Virus record (IMG/VR): IMGVR_UViG_3300025603_000009
Coordinates: 18,586 to 82,585 of that record
Source of the DNA: a virus
Length of the DNA stretch: 64,000 bases
Direction: 5' to 3' (one strand)
In this document: positions 20,571-30,533 of the stretch, piece by piece
How the letters are laid out: each line of letters opens with the position of its first letter
How positions within the stretch are numbered: the stretch's first letter is position 1
Notes under the pieces: model-generated
The model's database searches: none
The model's input: the letters and a program-made list of their open reading frames with translations, nothing else
What the model was told of the DNA's origin: nothing
Translations under genes and position numbers: made by a program

Positions 20571-22154
20571 TTAACAATCTTTACATGGGTCAGTACAACA
20601 ATAATTTTGTAATCCACTAATTATACAAGCTAAATCTAAAATTTTGTTTAGAGTTACTGAATCAATATTTTGAAGTGCTTGTGAAAATATTTCATTGTCG
20701 TGCATAGTTAACAGAAAATAACCAGCACCACTTATAGCTAATGAACCTATATCATACATAGAATCACAACCAGAACAACCATCAGAACAGCCACAATCTC
20801 CTTGACCTATTGTTATAGTTTTAGCTAAAAGACATTTTTGAAAATTACAATCTGCAACAAAATAATAATATTTAATAACTTCACCATTTGTCCATTTAAT
20901 ACGGTATACACCATCAGTTGGAGCAGTAAAAATAACAGTATCGTTAATATCATTAACAGTGTCAACAAGAACTTCAGCTATATTATTACTACTTAAATGT
21001 TGTTCTACTTTCCATGTTGCACCATCTAAAGCATAATTTGTAATATTAAATGTATTACATTCACTACGTGTAATATTAAAGTTAGGGCAGATAACAATTG
21101 TTTTTGATGTTTGACATTTCATCATTGTTTGACCACTAAGTTTAAAATAAATTTCAGCTAAAACAACTACAGTACCATATTCAGTAGGCTCATAATTAAA
21201 CAGTGTATTAGCATCATTCCAAGCCCCAGGAGTACACGCTATATCTTCCATATCTTGAACTAATAACACTTCTCCAAAAGGCGAATAGATAGTATATACT
21301 ACTTGAATAGCAGTAAACAAATATGCAGGAAGTGAAATACCTTCACCAGCATTAGTAATACGAACTTTCATTACTTTATCAAAATCCATAACCATACGGA
21401 TTTTTAAATTTTCTCCAACTATTGCCCCACAATTTTCACTACAATTTGCACAAATTGAAAGAATACTTAATTCAGGAACTTGTGTTTCTTCAGGTACAGC
21501 AATATCAAGAATACAAGGTGTAGTTACTAAAGCGTTATTATCTTGTACGCTAAATTCGTAATTAGACTCACCTTTATCACATATAAGAAATTGATCACCA
21601 TTTGTTTCAACAGCGTCAACATCAATTAATTTTTTATTCGCAGCTCCAGTAGAAGACGAGTTACAAATACGTAAATTATTTGTAAATGGTATACGGTATT
21701 TAACTACAGAAGCATACGCTTCAACAGAACTATTACCTTCAATATAAGGTGATTCAACTAATACAAGTTCAAATACAGGATGTTCTGCATGATTGTTAGC
21801 ATCTTTACCTAAGTCATAACCAGATATAGTAAATGTTTTTTCATAACTTACAACACCTAATTGTATCATTTCAATTTTAAATGTATGTTCATTTTGTAGT
21901 ACCCAATTAGGTAAAACAACCTGACAATAACCATTAACAAAACTGTGTACAAAAGCAGCAACAGTTGATATAGGGTCTGTTACAGCGGCAGTAGGAAAAG
22001 TGTCAGTATCGACATCATCATTATTATAGATGACAGTATTATTTAATGTCATTCTACAAAAAAGATCCTGTATTGATACAGCATTAATAGTGCCTCCGCA
22101 TAAATCGGAGGCACTATCTTCAGCTGTTCTTTTAATACTAATATTTAAAACCAT
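20571..22154 (-). CDS. Cys-rich structural protein (tail hub-like)
   Basis: 527 aa, beta-rich with many Cys (CGCSDGCSGC, YCCTDPCKDC); follows the capsid accessory gene. Confidence 0.5.
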   Translation of the reverse strand: MVLNISIKRTAEDSASDLCGGTINAVSIQDLFCRMTLNNTVIYNNDDVDTDTFPTAAVTDPISTVAAFVHSFVNGYCQVVLPNWVLQNEHTFKIEMIQLGVVSYEKTFTISGYDLGKDANNHAEHPVFELVLVESPYIEGNSSVEAYASVVKYRIPFTNNLRICNSSSTGAANKKLIDVDAVETNGDQFLICDKGESNYEFSVQDNNALVTTPCILDIAVPEETQVPELSILSICANCSENCGAIVGENLKIRMVMDFDKVMKVRITNAGEGISLPAYLFTAIQVVYTIYSPFGEVLLVQDMEDIACTPGAWNDANTLFNYEPTEYGTVVVLAEIYFKLSGQTMMKCQTSKTIVICPNFNITRSECNTFNITNYALDGATWKVEQHLSSNNIAEVLVDTVNDINDTVIFTAPTDGVYRIKWTNGEVIKYYYFVADCNFQKCLLAKTITIGQGDCGCSDGCSGCDSMYDIGSLAISGAGYFLLTMHDNEIFSQALQNIDSVTLNKILDLACIISGLQNYCCTDPCKDC

Positions 22155-22163
22155 GACGGTAGA

Positions 22164-23156
22164 TTATGCAGCAGTTTCACTACCAGATTCCGGCTGTGCA
22201 GCAGAATCAGTTGCGAAAACAACAGCCATTAATGATTCAAAATTGGCTTGCGAAATAGTTGAAGCACCATTTGGCATAGCTACAACATATTCATTAAGAG
22301 CACCTGGTTGGTTATTAATACCATTAAAATTAACAGTATTCCAACGAATCATATACAAATCATAAGTTCCAGTTAAACTTAAATTAGTCTCACGACTAAA
22401 ATAAAATTCAGCTAGATGTGTACGATTTCCTTGACCAAATTCAGGATTTGCGTAATTAATAAAATCTTTTACTTGTGCAACAGTACCAACACCAACAGTT
22501 CCTGCAACAGAGTTGCCTGCACCATCTTTAACAATATCTGCACTTTCAAGAATACCACCAAATCCAACATCAAAAGCAACACCTACGGCATTACCTGTAA
22601 ATGAAATACCATCAGCAGCTACAACAGCCGCAGTTACAGTAATGTCAATGAGTGCATTAATCTTTGCTACCAAAGCAGCAAGAATAACAGCAGCATCATC
22701 GCCAGTTTTTACAGTGTAACTTGCGTTCCATTTACGTCTACCACCTTGACCAGGAGATAAAAGACCCGTACTACGATCAATAACTCTAATATATGCTTCA
22801 TCACCTGCTACAAGAGTAGGTAAATTTAATGAAGGTGTTCCTGTACCATCGTCACCAAGAAAATCTACTTGAGCAAGCCCAGCAACATAAGTCTTAGCAT
22901 TATAATTAGCACCAATACGTACAATTGGATCAGAAAGAGAGGCACCACCACCAGGTTTACCTACAGCAAACTGAATCGCTTTTACGTCATTAAGACTTGT
23001 AGAGGGTGTTTCCAACGCTGGAACAACCACACCTTTATCATTAATGATAGCTAATGCACCAGGTGCTAAAAGATCAATTTCATTAATACCTGAAATTACA
23101 CCTCCACCTGTTTTAGCTAAATACGCCACATTGTTTAAAACGTGAATTTTGTTCAT
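22164..23156 (-). CDS. Auxiliary capsid/decoration protein
   Basis: Ala/Gly/Val-rich; third gene after the major capsid gene. Confidence 0.55.
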   Translation of the reverse strand: MNKIHVLNNVAYLAKTGGGVISGINEIDLLAPGALAIINDKGVVVPALETPSTSLNDVKAIQFAVGKPGGGASLSDPIVRIGANYNAKTYVAGLAQVDFLGDDGTGTPSLNLPTLVAGDEAYIRVIDRSTGLLSPGQGGRRKWNASYTVKTGDDAAVILAALVAKINALIDITVTAAVVAADGISFTGNAVGVAFDVGFGGILESADIVKDGAGNSVAGTVGVGTVAQVKDFINYANPEFGQGNRTHLAEFYFSRETNLSLTGTYDLYMIRWNTVNFNGINNQPGALNEYVVAMPNGASTISQANFESLMAVVFATDSAAQPESGSETAA

Positions 23157-23176
23157 AATAAAATAATTTTATACTG

Positions 23177-24259
23177 TTAAGAGTTAAATACATTTTCTTG
23201 AACAAACGCTTCATAACCACTACCTTTTTTTAAAGCAATGATTTTTTGAGCGACATTTTCAACTATCTTTCTAGATACATTTGTAGATAACTCAGGGTTC
23301 AAACCTAAAGATAACGAAATAGGCATCGGTTTCCTAATATAATCTATCGTAGCTTCTCTAACTACGAAATCAGGTGTGTGATGAACACTAAGTTGATTAA
23401 TATTTAAATTAGACACGGGTGAAGACCAAATTGTTTTTGTAAGACTAAATTTAAGTGTACCTCTTATATCATTTATTTCAGTTAATCTATTAAGAGATTC
23501 TAATTTTTTTTCAGTAATAGTATCTTTATATTGAGACAATATAAGCGATCTACTAGCTGTAGTAACTATTTCTTGATCATCACCAGTACCAGAAGTAGCA
23601 CTAAATGAACCTTGATCGGGACCAATTATAATAAAAGTATTAGGATAATGTGTACCCCTCCAATATTCCCAATGCGCTTCATAACCATCTAATAAATTTA
23701 TATCGTTAAGAATTAAATCTATTAATACAAATTTTTGTTTATTATCTCCAAAGCCTCCACTTAAATTAGTATAATTATCAATTGAAAATAAAATATCTTG
23801 TGATTCACCTTGTGGAGTATATGCGAGGGTATAACCATCAAATTTAGCAACATTATCTTCAAACACTAAAGAAGAATAATGTAGTTCAACATTATTTCTA
23901 TTAGTGGCAACGTTTAATGTACTACCACATTTATACTGAAGATCACTAGATATATCTTCTAACAAGTGTAAATAATTAGAGGGTAGCTGACCAGCCACCC
24001 TCTTATCATTTATATAGTATAAACTAATTGGATAATCTAATACGTACAAAGTCTGTAAATCATCTAATCTTTTTTGAGAACTATCTATAGTAGTTTTATC
24101 AGGCGTATTAGCAGGTGCAAGACGTTGACGAATAAAATCTAATTGACCTTGTGTAAAAAACCAATCTTTTTCTTCAGGTCTTATATTACCTACAGATTTA
24201 GACATTACCTCTTGAATTTTAAGGTCTAAATCAACGTGCATTTCAAAAACAGTATACAT
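23177..24259 (-). CDS. Conserved crAss-like head-tail ring protein
   Basis: PEEKDWFFTQGQLDFI, KRLDDLQTL and IDYIRKP motifs; synteny. Confidence 0.6.
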   Translation of the reverse strand: MYTVFEMHVDLDLKIQEVMSKSVGNIRPEEKDWFFTQGQLDFIRQRLAPANTPDKTTIDSSQKRLDDLQTLYVLDYPISLYYINDKRVAGQLPSNYLHLLEDISSDLQYKCGSTLNVATNRNNVELHYSSLVFEDNVAKFDGYTLAYTPQGESQDILFSIDNYTNLSGGFGDNKQKFVLIDLILNDINLLDGYEAHWEYWRGTHYPNTFIIIGPDQGSFSATSGTGDDQEIVTTASRSLILSQYKDTITEKKLESLNRLTEINDIRGTLKFSLTKTIWSSPVSNLNINQLSVHHTPDFVVREATIDYIRKPMPISLSLGLNPELSTNVSRKIVENVAQKIIALKKGSGYEAFVQENVFNS

Positions 24260-24269
24260 AGTATTTTAA

Positions 24270-25373
24270 TTACTCAGGATTAAAAGATTTTTTAGCAGTT
24301 TTATTAGAGTGTTTAGTAGTATCAGTGCCGTCAAAAATTATTTCTTTAACAACGGGTAAATCATTAACTACATCCTCTTTTATTTTATCAAGTACTTCAT
24401 TACCTGTAGTAGATTTAACCTTTACTGCTTTAATATTTCCATCATCTGTTAAAGATAATTGTGCAGGAACTGTAGGTGGATTACTAGATAATTCATCATT
24501 AAGTTTTAATCTAGTTAAAACAATAGATATAATTGGATCGTCTGCTTGTGTTTTAAACTTAGCAATTAACTCAGCAATAGAAGTTGATATAGTTTCAGTA
24601 CCATACTGTATAATTTCAGTATTCGGAACTTGAGTAATAATTTTAGCGTCTACAGCATTTTGAATTGCAGCTTTATAAATCAAATCTTTGTCATTAGCAA
24701 TAATAACAAAGTTTTTTGATTTTGTAATAGCTAAATCTTGACACAAAACAGTTAGATTTTCTTCTAATACATTCTTATATTTAGCATTATCAGGTGCAAG
24801 TAATCGCATACCGATAACAATATTTCTAAGCATTTTATTATCATTTGCTATTTCAAGATACTTTGCCATCGCCTGTGAACGGAGTTCAGTAATCTTTCTA
24901 GCGGCAGCATTTTTGGCGTCAATAGAATCCATATAAAAACGAATTTTTTCAGACTTGTGCTGTTCTTGTGGTGTGTTAGCTACACGACCATACACTAAAC
25001 AATATCTCCAAAGTACATAATCTGCAATATTTAAAGGTTTGCCAAATTCATGCTTATTTTCTTCATTTGCACTTTCTCCTAGAGAAGCATTTTTAGTGTC
25101 TGTATAACTGAACCCAGTTTCAAGAAGTAATCCTTCAACTGGTACAATTTTACCAATATTTGCCCAATAATCAGAAACAGCTTTTTCCCACCTATCACTA
25201 GAAGGGCGTGTATCAATTATCTTTACAAGATATTTATTCTCTTCTTCGTATGTAAGAGGACGTGTTTTTGTAAAAGATGCACCTATTTTTTGAACAGGTT
25301 CAATATGTTCTTGTCCAGGAAGAAAAGAACGACGACGTAAAAGTATATTAACTTTTTTAGACTTATTAATCAT
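24270..25373 (-). CDS. Conserved crAss-like structural protein following the major capsid gene
   Basis: PLNIADYVLWRYCLVYGRVAN motif; synteny. Confidence 0.6.
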   Translation of the reverse strand: MINKSKKVNILLRRRSFLPGQEHIEPVQKIGASFTKTRPLTYEEENKYLVKIIDTRPSSDRWEKAVSDYWANIGKIVPVEGLLLETGFSYTDTKNASLGESANEENKHEFGKPLNIADYVLWRYCLVYGRVANTPQEQHKSEKIRFYMDSIDAKNAAARKITELRSQAMAKYLEIANDNKMLRNIVIGMRLLAPDNAKYKNVLEENLTVLCQDLAITKSKNFVIIANDKDLIYKAAIQNAVDAKIITQVPNTEIIQYGTETISTSIAELIAKFKTQADDPIISIVLTRLKLNDELSSNPPTVPAQLSLTDDGNIKAVKVKSTTGNEVLDKIKEDVVNDLPVVKEIIFDGTDTTKHSNKTAKKSFNPE

Positions 25374-25391
25374 TGTCTTTATATTAAAAGT

Positions 25392-25422
25392 AAAAAATAG
25401 AGGCGTATTTCTACGCCTCTAT
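25392..25422 (-). terminator. Intrinsic terminator after the major capsid gene
   Basis: atagaggcgta-tttc-tacgcctctat stem with a U tract on the minus strand. Confidence 0.75.
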
Positions 25423-25443
25423 AATGAATAATTAAACTATAAA

Positions 25444-26916
25444 TTAGAATGTTTCAATGTCACACTCTAAGTTGAAACAGTGAGTTGCACGATTAATGCA
25501 AATACCCTTAGAACTTAAAAAGTGTACACTTGACATATCTTGATCGGTTGCTATGTTATTAACAGCATTACCACCAAAATCATATGGCGTATCAGCCATA
25601 CCGTGAAGAACACCAGTCTTCATTGAACGTCCACGTTCTGTAGCCATTTGAACATTACGAACACCGTCGTAATTACTCATATCTAAGAACACCATACGAT
25701 AAGACTCAAGAGGCTTACCCGATTCAGGGTGTAAATTAGATTTTTGAGCACGTCCACCTTGATCAAAAAGAGGAATTTTCTTAACAGTAATGGTATGACC
25801 ATCTACGTGACGGTACGTACTAAAGTAAGCACCATACACCATATCATAGCCTTGTCCTGTAACAAACTTATCACCGACATTAGACTGCTTAACCATTTCA
25901 AATCCACTACCATCTTCTTTAATAGCACGATCAAATTCTTCAGCACCACCTTCTCCAGTAAACAAAACAACATTCATTTGACCTGTATCAGTCGCTCCGT
26001 ACATAACGTCTGTAACAGTATTTTTCAGCTTACGTAAAGTAAGACGAGAATATGTATCGTTATTAGGAATTTGATCTAGTACACCTGCACCAATTGGAAT
26101 AGGCTTACCAGTCTTTTTATCTCTTTGCGGAATAGTACCATCTGCAAGTCTGTTATAACGAGAATACCAATAATGTTCTTCACACGCTTGTTTCCAGTTT
26201 AACATATGTTGCCACCGTTCAAAATCAATCCACTTACTAGTCTTTTTACCGTTAATATTAAATTCAACAGTTACATACTTGTTGTTAATATTACCAGCAA
26301 TACCATAAGACTTACGTAGAATTGATATTTGGTTCTTCATTTTTCCAGGAGTAACTACATTACTCTCATTTCCAAACGATAGAGATTGTGCTACAGGAGC
26401 ACCACCAACCATACCCCAAGTATTCCCAGAAGCAAGTTCAGAAGGATTACAATAAGCACTAGCATCACCATTGGCAAGAATCAGTGTGTATTGCCACCCA
26501 CCAGGAACTTGTTCACGATTACGAATAAGTGCTTGAGTATTTTCAGGAGACTCAATCATATGTTGATCACGAAGCCAATTTGTCTTAAACACAACAAAAA
26601 ATTCTGTGTGATTAAGTCCAGGTTTATCACTAGCACCATATGAATTAGAAACTACAATATCTGTAGTTTTAAGACGGTTAAAAGTATCCCATTCGTACTC
26701 AATATCATTAAGTTCAACGGGTTTTATACCACCTTTTTGACCTTCTGTTAGGAAAGACAATGGAAATCTTTTATCTTCACGACCTGCAAGGTGTGTGATT
26801 ACAGGATTTATCTTATCGGGCTTTGTTAACAATGCACGTGTAAGTGTATCCTGATCTGTAAAAGACGAACCATCATAACCATCGCTATAAAGGACACGAG
26901 CTGTATTACTAGACAT
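25444..26916 (-). CDS. Major capsid protein (crAss-like)
   Basis: 490 aa; RFPLSFLTEG, KMKNQISILRKS, IPIGAGVLDQI, LFTGEGG and YRHVDGH motifs; portal-scaffold-capsid order. Confidence 0.9.
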   Translation of the reverse strand: MSSNTARVLYSDGYDGSSFTDQDTLTRALLTKPDKINPVITHLAGREDKRFPLSFLTEGQKGGIKPVELNDIEYEWDTFNRLKTTDIVVSNSYGASDKPGLNHTEFFVVFKTNWLRDQHMIESPENTQALIRNREQVPGGWQYTLILANGDASAYCNPSELASGNTWGMVGGAPVAQSLSFGNESNVVTPGKMKNQISILRKSYGIAGNINNKYVTVEFNINGKKTSKWIDFERWQHMLNWKQACEEHYWYSRYNRLADGTIPQRDKKTGKPIPIGAGVLDQIPNNDTYSRLTLRKLKNTVTDVMYGATDTGQMNVVLFTGEGGAEEFDRAIKEDGSGFEMVKQSNVGDKFVTGQGYDMVYGAYFSTYRHVDGHTITVKKIPLFDQGGRAQKSNLHPESGKPLESYRMVFLDMSNYDGVRNVQMATERGRSMKTGVLHGMADTPYDFGGNAVNNIATDQDMSSVHFLSSKGICINRATHCFNLECDIETF

Positions 26917-26943
26917 TTTTTAAGTTTTAAAATTAATATTCAA

Positions 26944-28176
26944 TTATAAAAATTTGCCAAGATCGACATCATCTAGGCTTAACAAGCCTTCAGGATTTTG
27001 ACGTGATTGACTTTGAGTAGAAGTAGATTTACTTAGAAGTTCTCTAAGAGATTTTACTTTTTCTTTTTGAGCTAAATCTTTTGCTAAATCTGCAACACTC
27101 AATTTTTTAAACAATAGATAATCCATCATAATAGCATCTTCATCACTAAGATTTTGATAGTCAAGTCTAGCTTGACTATTACCGTTAGCATCAACAGAAG
27201 AAGCACGATACTTATGAAACGTATCAGCAGTAGTTTTATCTAATTTTATAGTACCCGCAGTAGTAACAATTTGACCACTTTTAACTTTAGCTTCTTGAGC
27301 TAACCAGTAATCTTTAATTTGTTTTGTTTCTGCTTGTTGACTTAATGCAATCTGACTTTCTTGAGCAGCCATCTTTTGTGCATCTATACCAACTAATTCT
27401 TTTTTAGCATTTGTAGCTTCAATAAAGGAATCTTTAGTTTCTACAATATTTGTAGCTACTGTACTAGCAAGTTCTTTAGGAATACCTCTAGCAACTAAAG
27501 AATCAACAATAATAGATTTATGTTGAGCAGTATCTTCTTTTGCAATATTTACACTATTCCAATCTTTACTTCCTGATAAATCTTCAAGTTTTCCACCTGT
27601 AGCAAGTGTAGTATAAATTCTACGAAATTGCGGATGTGAATCTAAAAGAGAATCTATACCACTTTGTCTTTGTGATATAGAATAATCTGATAAGTAATCT
27701 TTTACACTAGTGTATTTTTTAGGTGCATTATTTTCATCTAAAGGACTAAAACCAAGATTGCTGCTAAGAGCTTTAAGTGTTTTATCAAGACCAGTACTAT
27801 CGCTAGTATCAACATCCTTACCAAACTCTTTTTCCAGTGTGTCAATGTCTGCCAAAACAGTACCATTTGCATCAACAGCGTTTCCTTTATCATCAAATTT
27901 AATAGCTTTGTATTTCTTTAAAATACTATCACGAAATTTATCTTCTGCAGATTTATTATCGTCACTATCATCATCGTTGTTACTGTCACCATCATCGTTA
28001 GACGCTGTATATTCAGTACCATCAATGTTTACGCGTTGACCTTCTACATTTTTATATGTACCATCATCGTTTTTACTAACACCTTCACCAAGTGAAGAAT
28101 CATCTTCATTACCTGTATCAAGTGTATCTATAAGACCGTCAAGGTCTAAACCATCCAAATCTATTTCTTCTGACAT
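26944..28176 (-). CDS. Scaffold/head assembly protein
   Basis: Very acidic N-terminus, helical; between portal and major capsid genes. Confidence 0.65.
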   Translation of the reverse strand: MSEEIDLDGLDLDGLIDTLDTGNEDDSSLGEGVSKNDDGTYKNVEGQRVNIDGTEYTASNDDGDSNNDDDSDDNKSAEDKFRDSILKKYKAIKFDDKGNAVDANGTVLADIDTLEKEFGKDVDTSDSTGLDKTLKALSSNLGFSPLDENNAPKKYTSVKDYLSDYSISQRQSGIDSLLDSHPQFRRIYTTLATGGKLEDLSGSKDWNSVNIAKEDTAQHKSIIVDSLVARGIPKELASTVATNIVETKDSFIEATNAKKELVGIDAQKMAAQESQIALSQQAETKQIKDYWLAQEAKVKSGQIVTTAGTIKLDKTTADTFHKYRASSVDANGNSQARLDYQNLSDEDAIMMDYLLFKKLSVADLAKDLAQKEKVKSLRELLSKSTSTQSQSRQNPEGLLSLDDVDLGKFL

Positions 28177-28179
28177 AAT

Positions 28180-28187
28180 CAAATATA
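28180..28187 (-). promoter_or_regulatory. Bacteroidota-type -7 promoter element (TATATTTG)
   Basis: Exact TAnnTTTG match just upstream of the scaffold ATG; no clear -33 element. Confidence 0.45.
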
Positions 28188-28247
28188 TTACTTTATGTTT
28201 TTATATGAAACTTATAGTGTATTAAACTCCTAGTATATAAATCATGC

Positions 28248-30533
28248 TTACTTATTAGTAGCCTGATTAGCTTTATTTCTTTCAATTGCCATTTTATCAT
28301 TATGTTGTTGACGTTTAAAGGCTAATTCTTCATCTTTTGTAGCATTTTCATTTGCAATACCATCGTTATCTGCATCATTATCTGCGCCTTGTAAGGAACG
28401 AATATTTGCAACTTCAATTGCTTCTCTGTATTGACTATCAGCAACATATTGACTAGTTTCAGATTGTTTATCAATTTTATATTTATCGCTTTCAGATTTA
28501 ATTTTTGCTGTATTTTCGTCCATTTTCTTAAGACTCATATTATACTGACGCTCAATTTTATCTGCTTTATCAACAATAACTTTTATTTTAGCAAAATTAT
28601 CTTCATCAATTAATTCAACTAATGTATTAGCTTTTAACCCATTTTGTAATAGTGGGTGTAATGCTGCTTTCAGCATCTCAATTTTTTCTTTTTCTTTTTT
28701 ACTTACTTTATGAAATACATCATAATTATTTAAAGCATATACTTCAGGTTCAATATTTAAATAAACAGTATCTTGTAAGCTATTAACATATTTAGCTTTT
28801 TTACCATCTATCCAAGCAACACGAGAAGCATCTATTAAACCGGTTTTATCTTCTTCTTGAAATACAGTAAATTTACGAGATAATTCAGCAGTAATCATAC
28901 CACTACGATGAAGAGCTTCTTGAGTAACAGCTTTACCATCTGAAGCTTTAGCTTCACCTAAACGTTGACGATTAAATCCTACAGTATCCCACCACTCATT
29001 TTTAATGTACTCTAATAGCTTAGTAATATCGGCTATATATTGACCTGTACTTAAATCAACGTCTTTTATAGCTTGTATAATTTGTTGAAATCTATCATGT
29101 GTTTCATCCCACCATAGCATACGAGTTGAATCAGCAGTATATAACCACTTATCATAACTCCAACCTTTAGGTTTAAGTCCTTTAGGCATTAACAATAGCT
29201 TACCTTTATTAGCAGCCATCATTAACTCTAAACGATAATGATAAATATTAAACAATACTTGAAACGGTAAACCCATTTTACCGTATGACACAATTTCAGA
29301 TGAATATGTACTTTCAACAATACCTGAATAAGGCAATCTACATTTACTTGTATTATTAATATCTTGACGCTGTAAAGGAATAAGTTTCCAACAATTAGGA
29401 CGTTTTACTTTACCTTTATCTGTTTCTTCTTGAACGTCACTACCTATACCAGGATATATATTTTCATCTAAACGATAACCTTCAGCAACTGCATTAATAT
29501 ATTCTGTATCAAGTTTAATATCACCTCTTGTTTTATCTAATTTATATGTTTCATCAACTTCTTTTTCACTTTCTTCACCTAACGCTGTAGTATAAGTTAA
29601 AATTTTAATCTTTTTTTGAGTTTTCCAAACAATATGAAACTCATAAATATAACTATCAAAAGATAAAGGATCTTGAGCCGTACTTATAAAAGTACCTGTT
29701 AAATCTCCAGGAATAACACTTTCATACTTTTTATTAAGTGCCTCTAAATCTTTAGTACTTAAATGTTTTCTATGTTTGTCTATAGCTTCACTAAAAGTTA
29801 ATCTTTTTCTACGTACAGCAACATCTTTAAGTTCAACTGAACGTGTATTAGGGTCACCCGCAACCCACAATTCATCGGGTCTAACATATTCATAATGTAC
29901 ATCGTTAAAGCGTACATCTTTATATGAATAACAACGTCCTGTAATTATATAATCTTTCCAGCACTCTTGATGTTTATCATTTATACGGTTCGCATAAATT
30001 AAATACTCCAAAGCATTTTGACCTTGAATTGTAGCACTATCTTTAAAAGATTTTTTACGTTCATCCATAACTTGCGCTATAGGTGGAAGTTCTTCTTTTT
30101 CAGAACCTGTATCTATACCCAGTTCTTTTAATGTATTAGCAACACGAAGTTGAATTTCATTACGTAAGGTACTTGATAGAAATGTTAAATATTCATTTTC
30201 TGTTTCAGGATTGGTACTAATTACATTAGCACTACTAGGTTCAAATATCTTTTCTCCTGTCATTGCATCAATAACAGGTTTTAAAATATTTATACTTCGC
30301 ATTTTTGCAGGTAAATTTCTAGGTACATTTTCCTCACTGTTATAAGGATTTGTCACATACTTGTACATATCAGCATCAATCTCCCCTTCATACGCTCTAT
30401 AAATATCCGTTATTTGTGACAACGAATAATTAGAAAGTCCAGATTGTTCAACATAATAATCTATATTAGCTTTGCCCCATTCAAAACTTTTTTCTTTAAA
30501 CGGAACAGCTTGTTTTGGAAGTGTACTACCCAT
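28248..30533 (-). CDS. Portal protein
   Basis: 761 aa; YKYVTNPY, NILKPVIDAMTGE, KCRLPYSG and GFNRQRLG; follows TerL. Confidence 0.9.
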   Translation of the reverse strand: MGSTLPKQAVPFKEKSFEWGKANIDYYVEQSGLSNYSLSQITDIYRAYEGEIDADMYKYVTNPYNSEENVPRNLPAKMRSINILKPVIDAMTGEKIFEPSSANVISTNPETENEYLTFLSSTLRNEIQLRVANTLKELGIDTGSEKEELPPIAQVMDERKKSFKDSATIQGQNALEYLIYANRINDKHQECWKDYIITGRCYSYKDVRFNDVHYEYVRPDELWVAGDPNTRSVELKDVAVRRKRLTFSEAIDKHRKHLSTKDLEALNKKYESVIPGDLTGTFISTAQDPLSFDSYIYEFHIVWKTQKKIKILTYTTALGEESEKEVDETYKLDKTRGDIKLDTEYINAVAEGYRLDENIYPGIGSDVQEETDKGKVKRPNCWKLIPLQRQDINNTSKCRLPYSGIVESTYSSEIVSYGKMGLPFQVLFNIYHYRLELMMAANKGKLLLMPKGLKPKGWSYDKWLYTADSTRMLWWDETHDRFQQIIQAIKDVDLSTGQYIADITKLLEYIKNEWWDTVGFNRQRLGEAKASDGKAVTQEALHRSGMITAELSRKFTVFQEEDKTGLIDASRVAWIDGKKAKYVNSLQDTVYLNIEPEVYALNNYDVFHKVSKKEKEKIEMLKAALHPLLQNGLKANTLVELIDEDNFAKIKVIVDKADKIERQYNMSLKKMDENTAKIKSESDKYKIDKQSETSQYVADSQYREAIEVANIRSLQGADNDADNDGIANENATKDEELAFKRQQHNDKMAIERNKANQATNK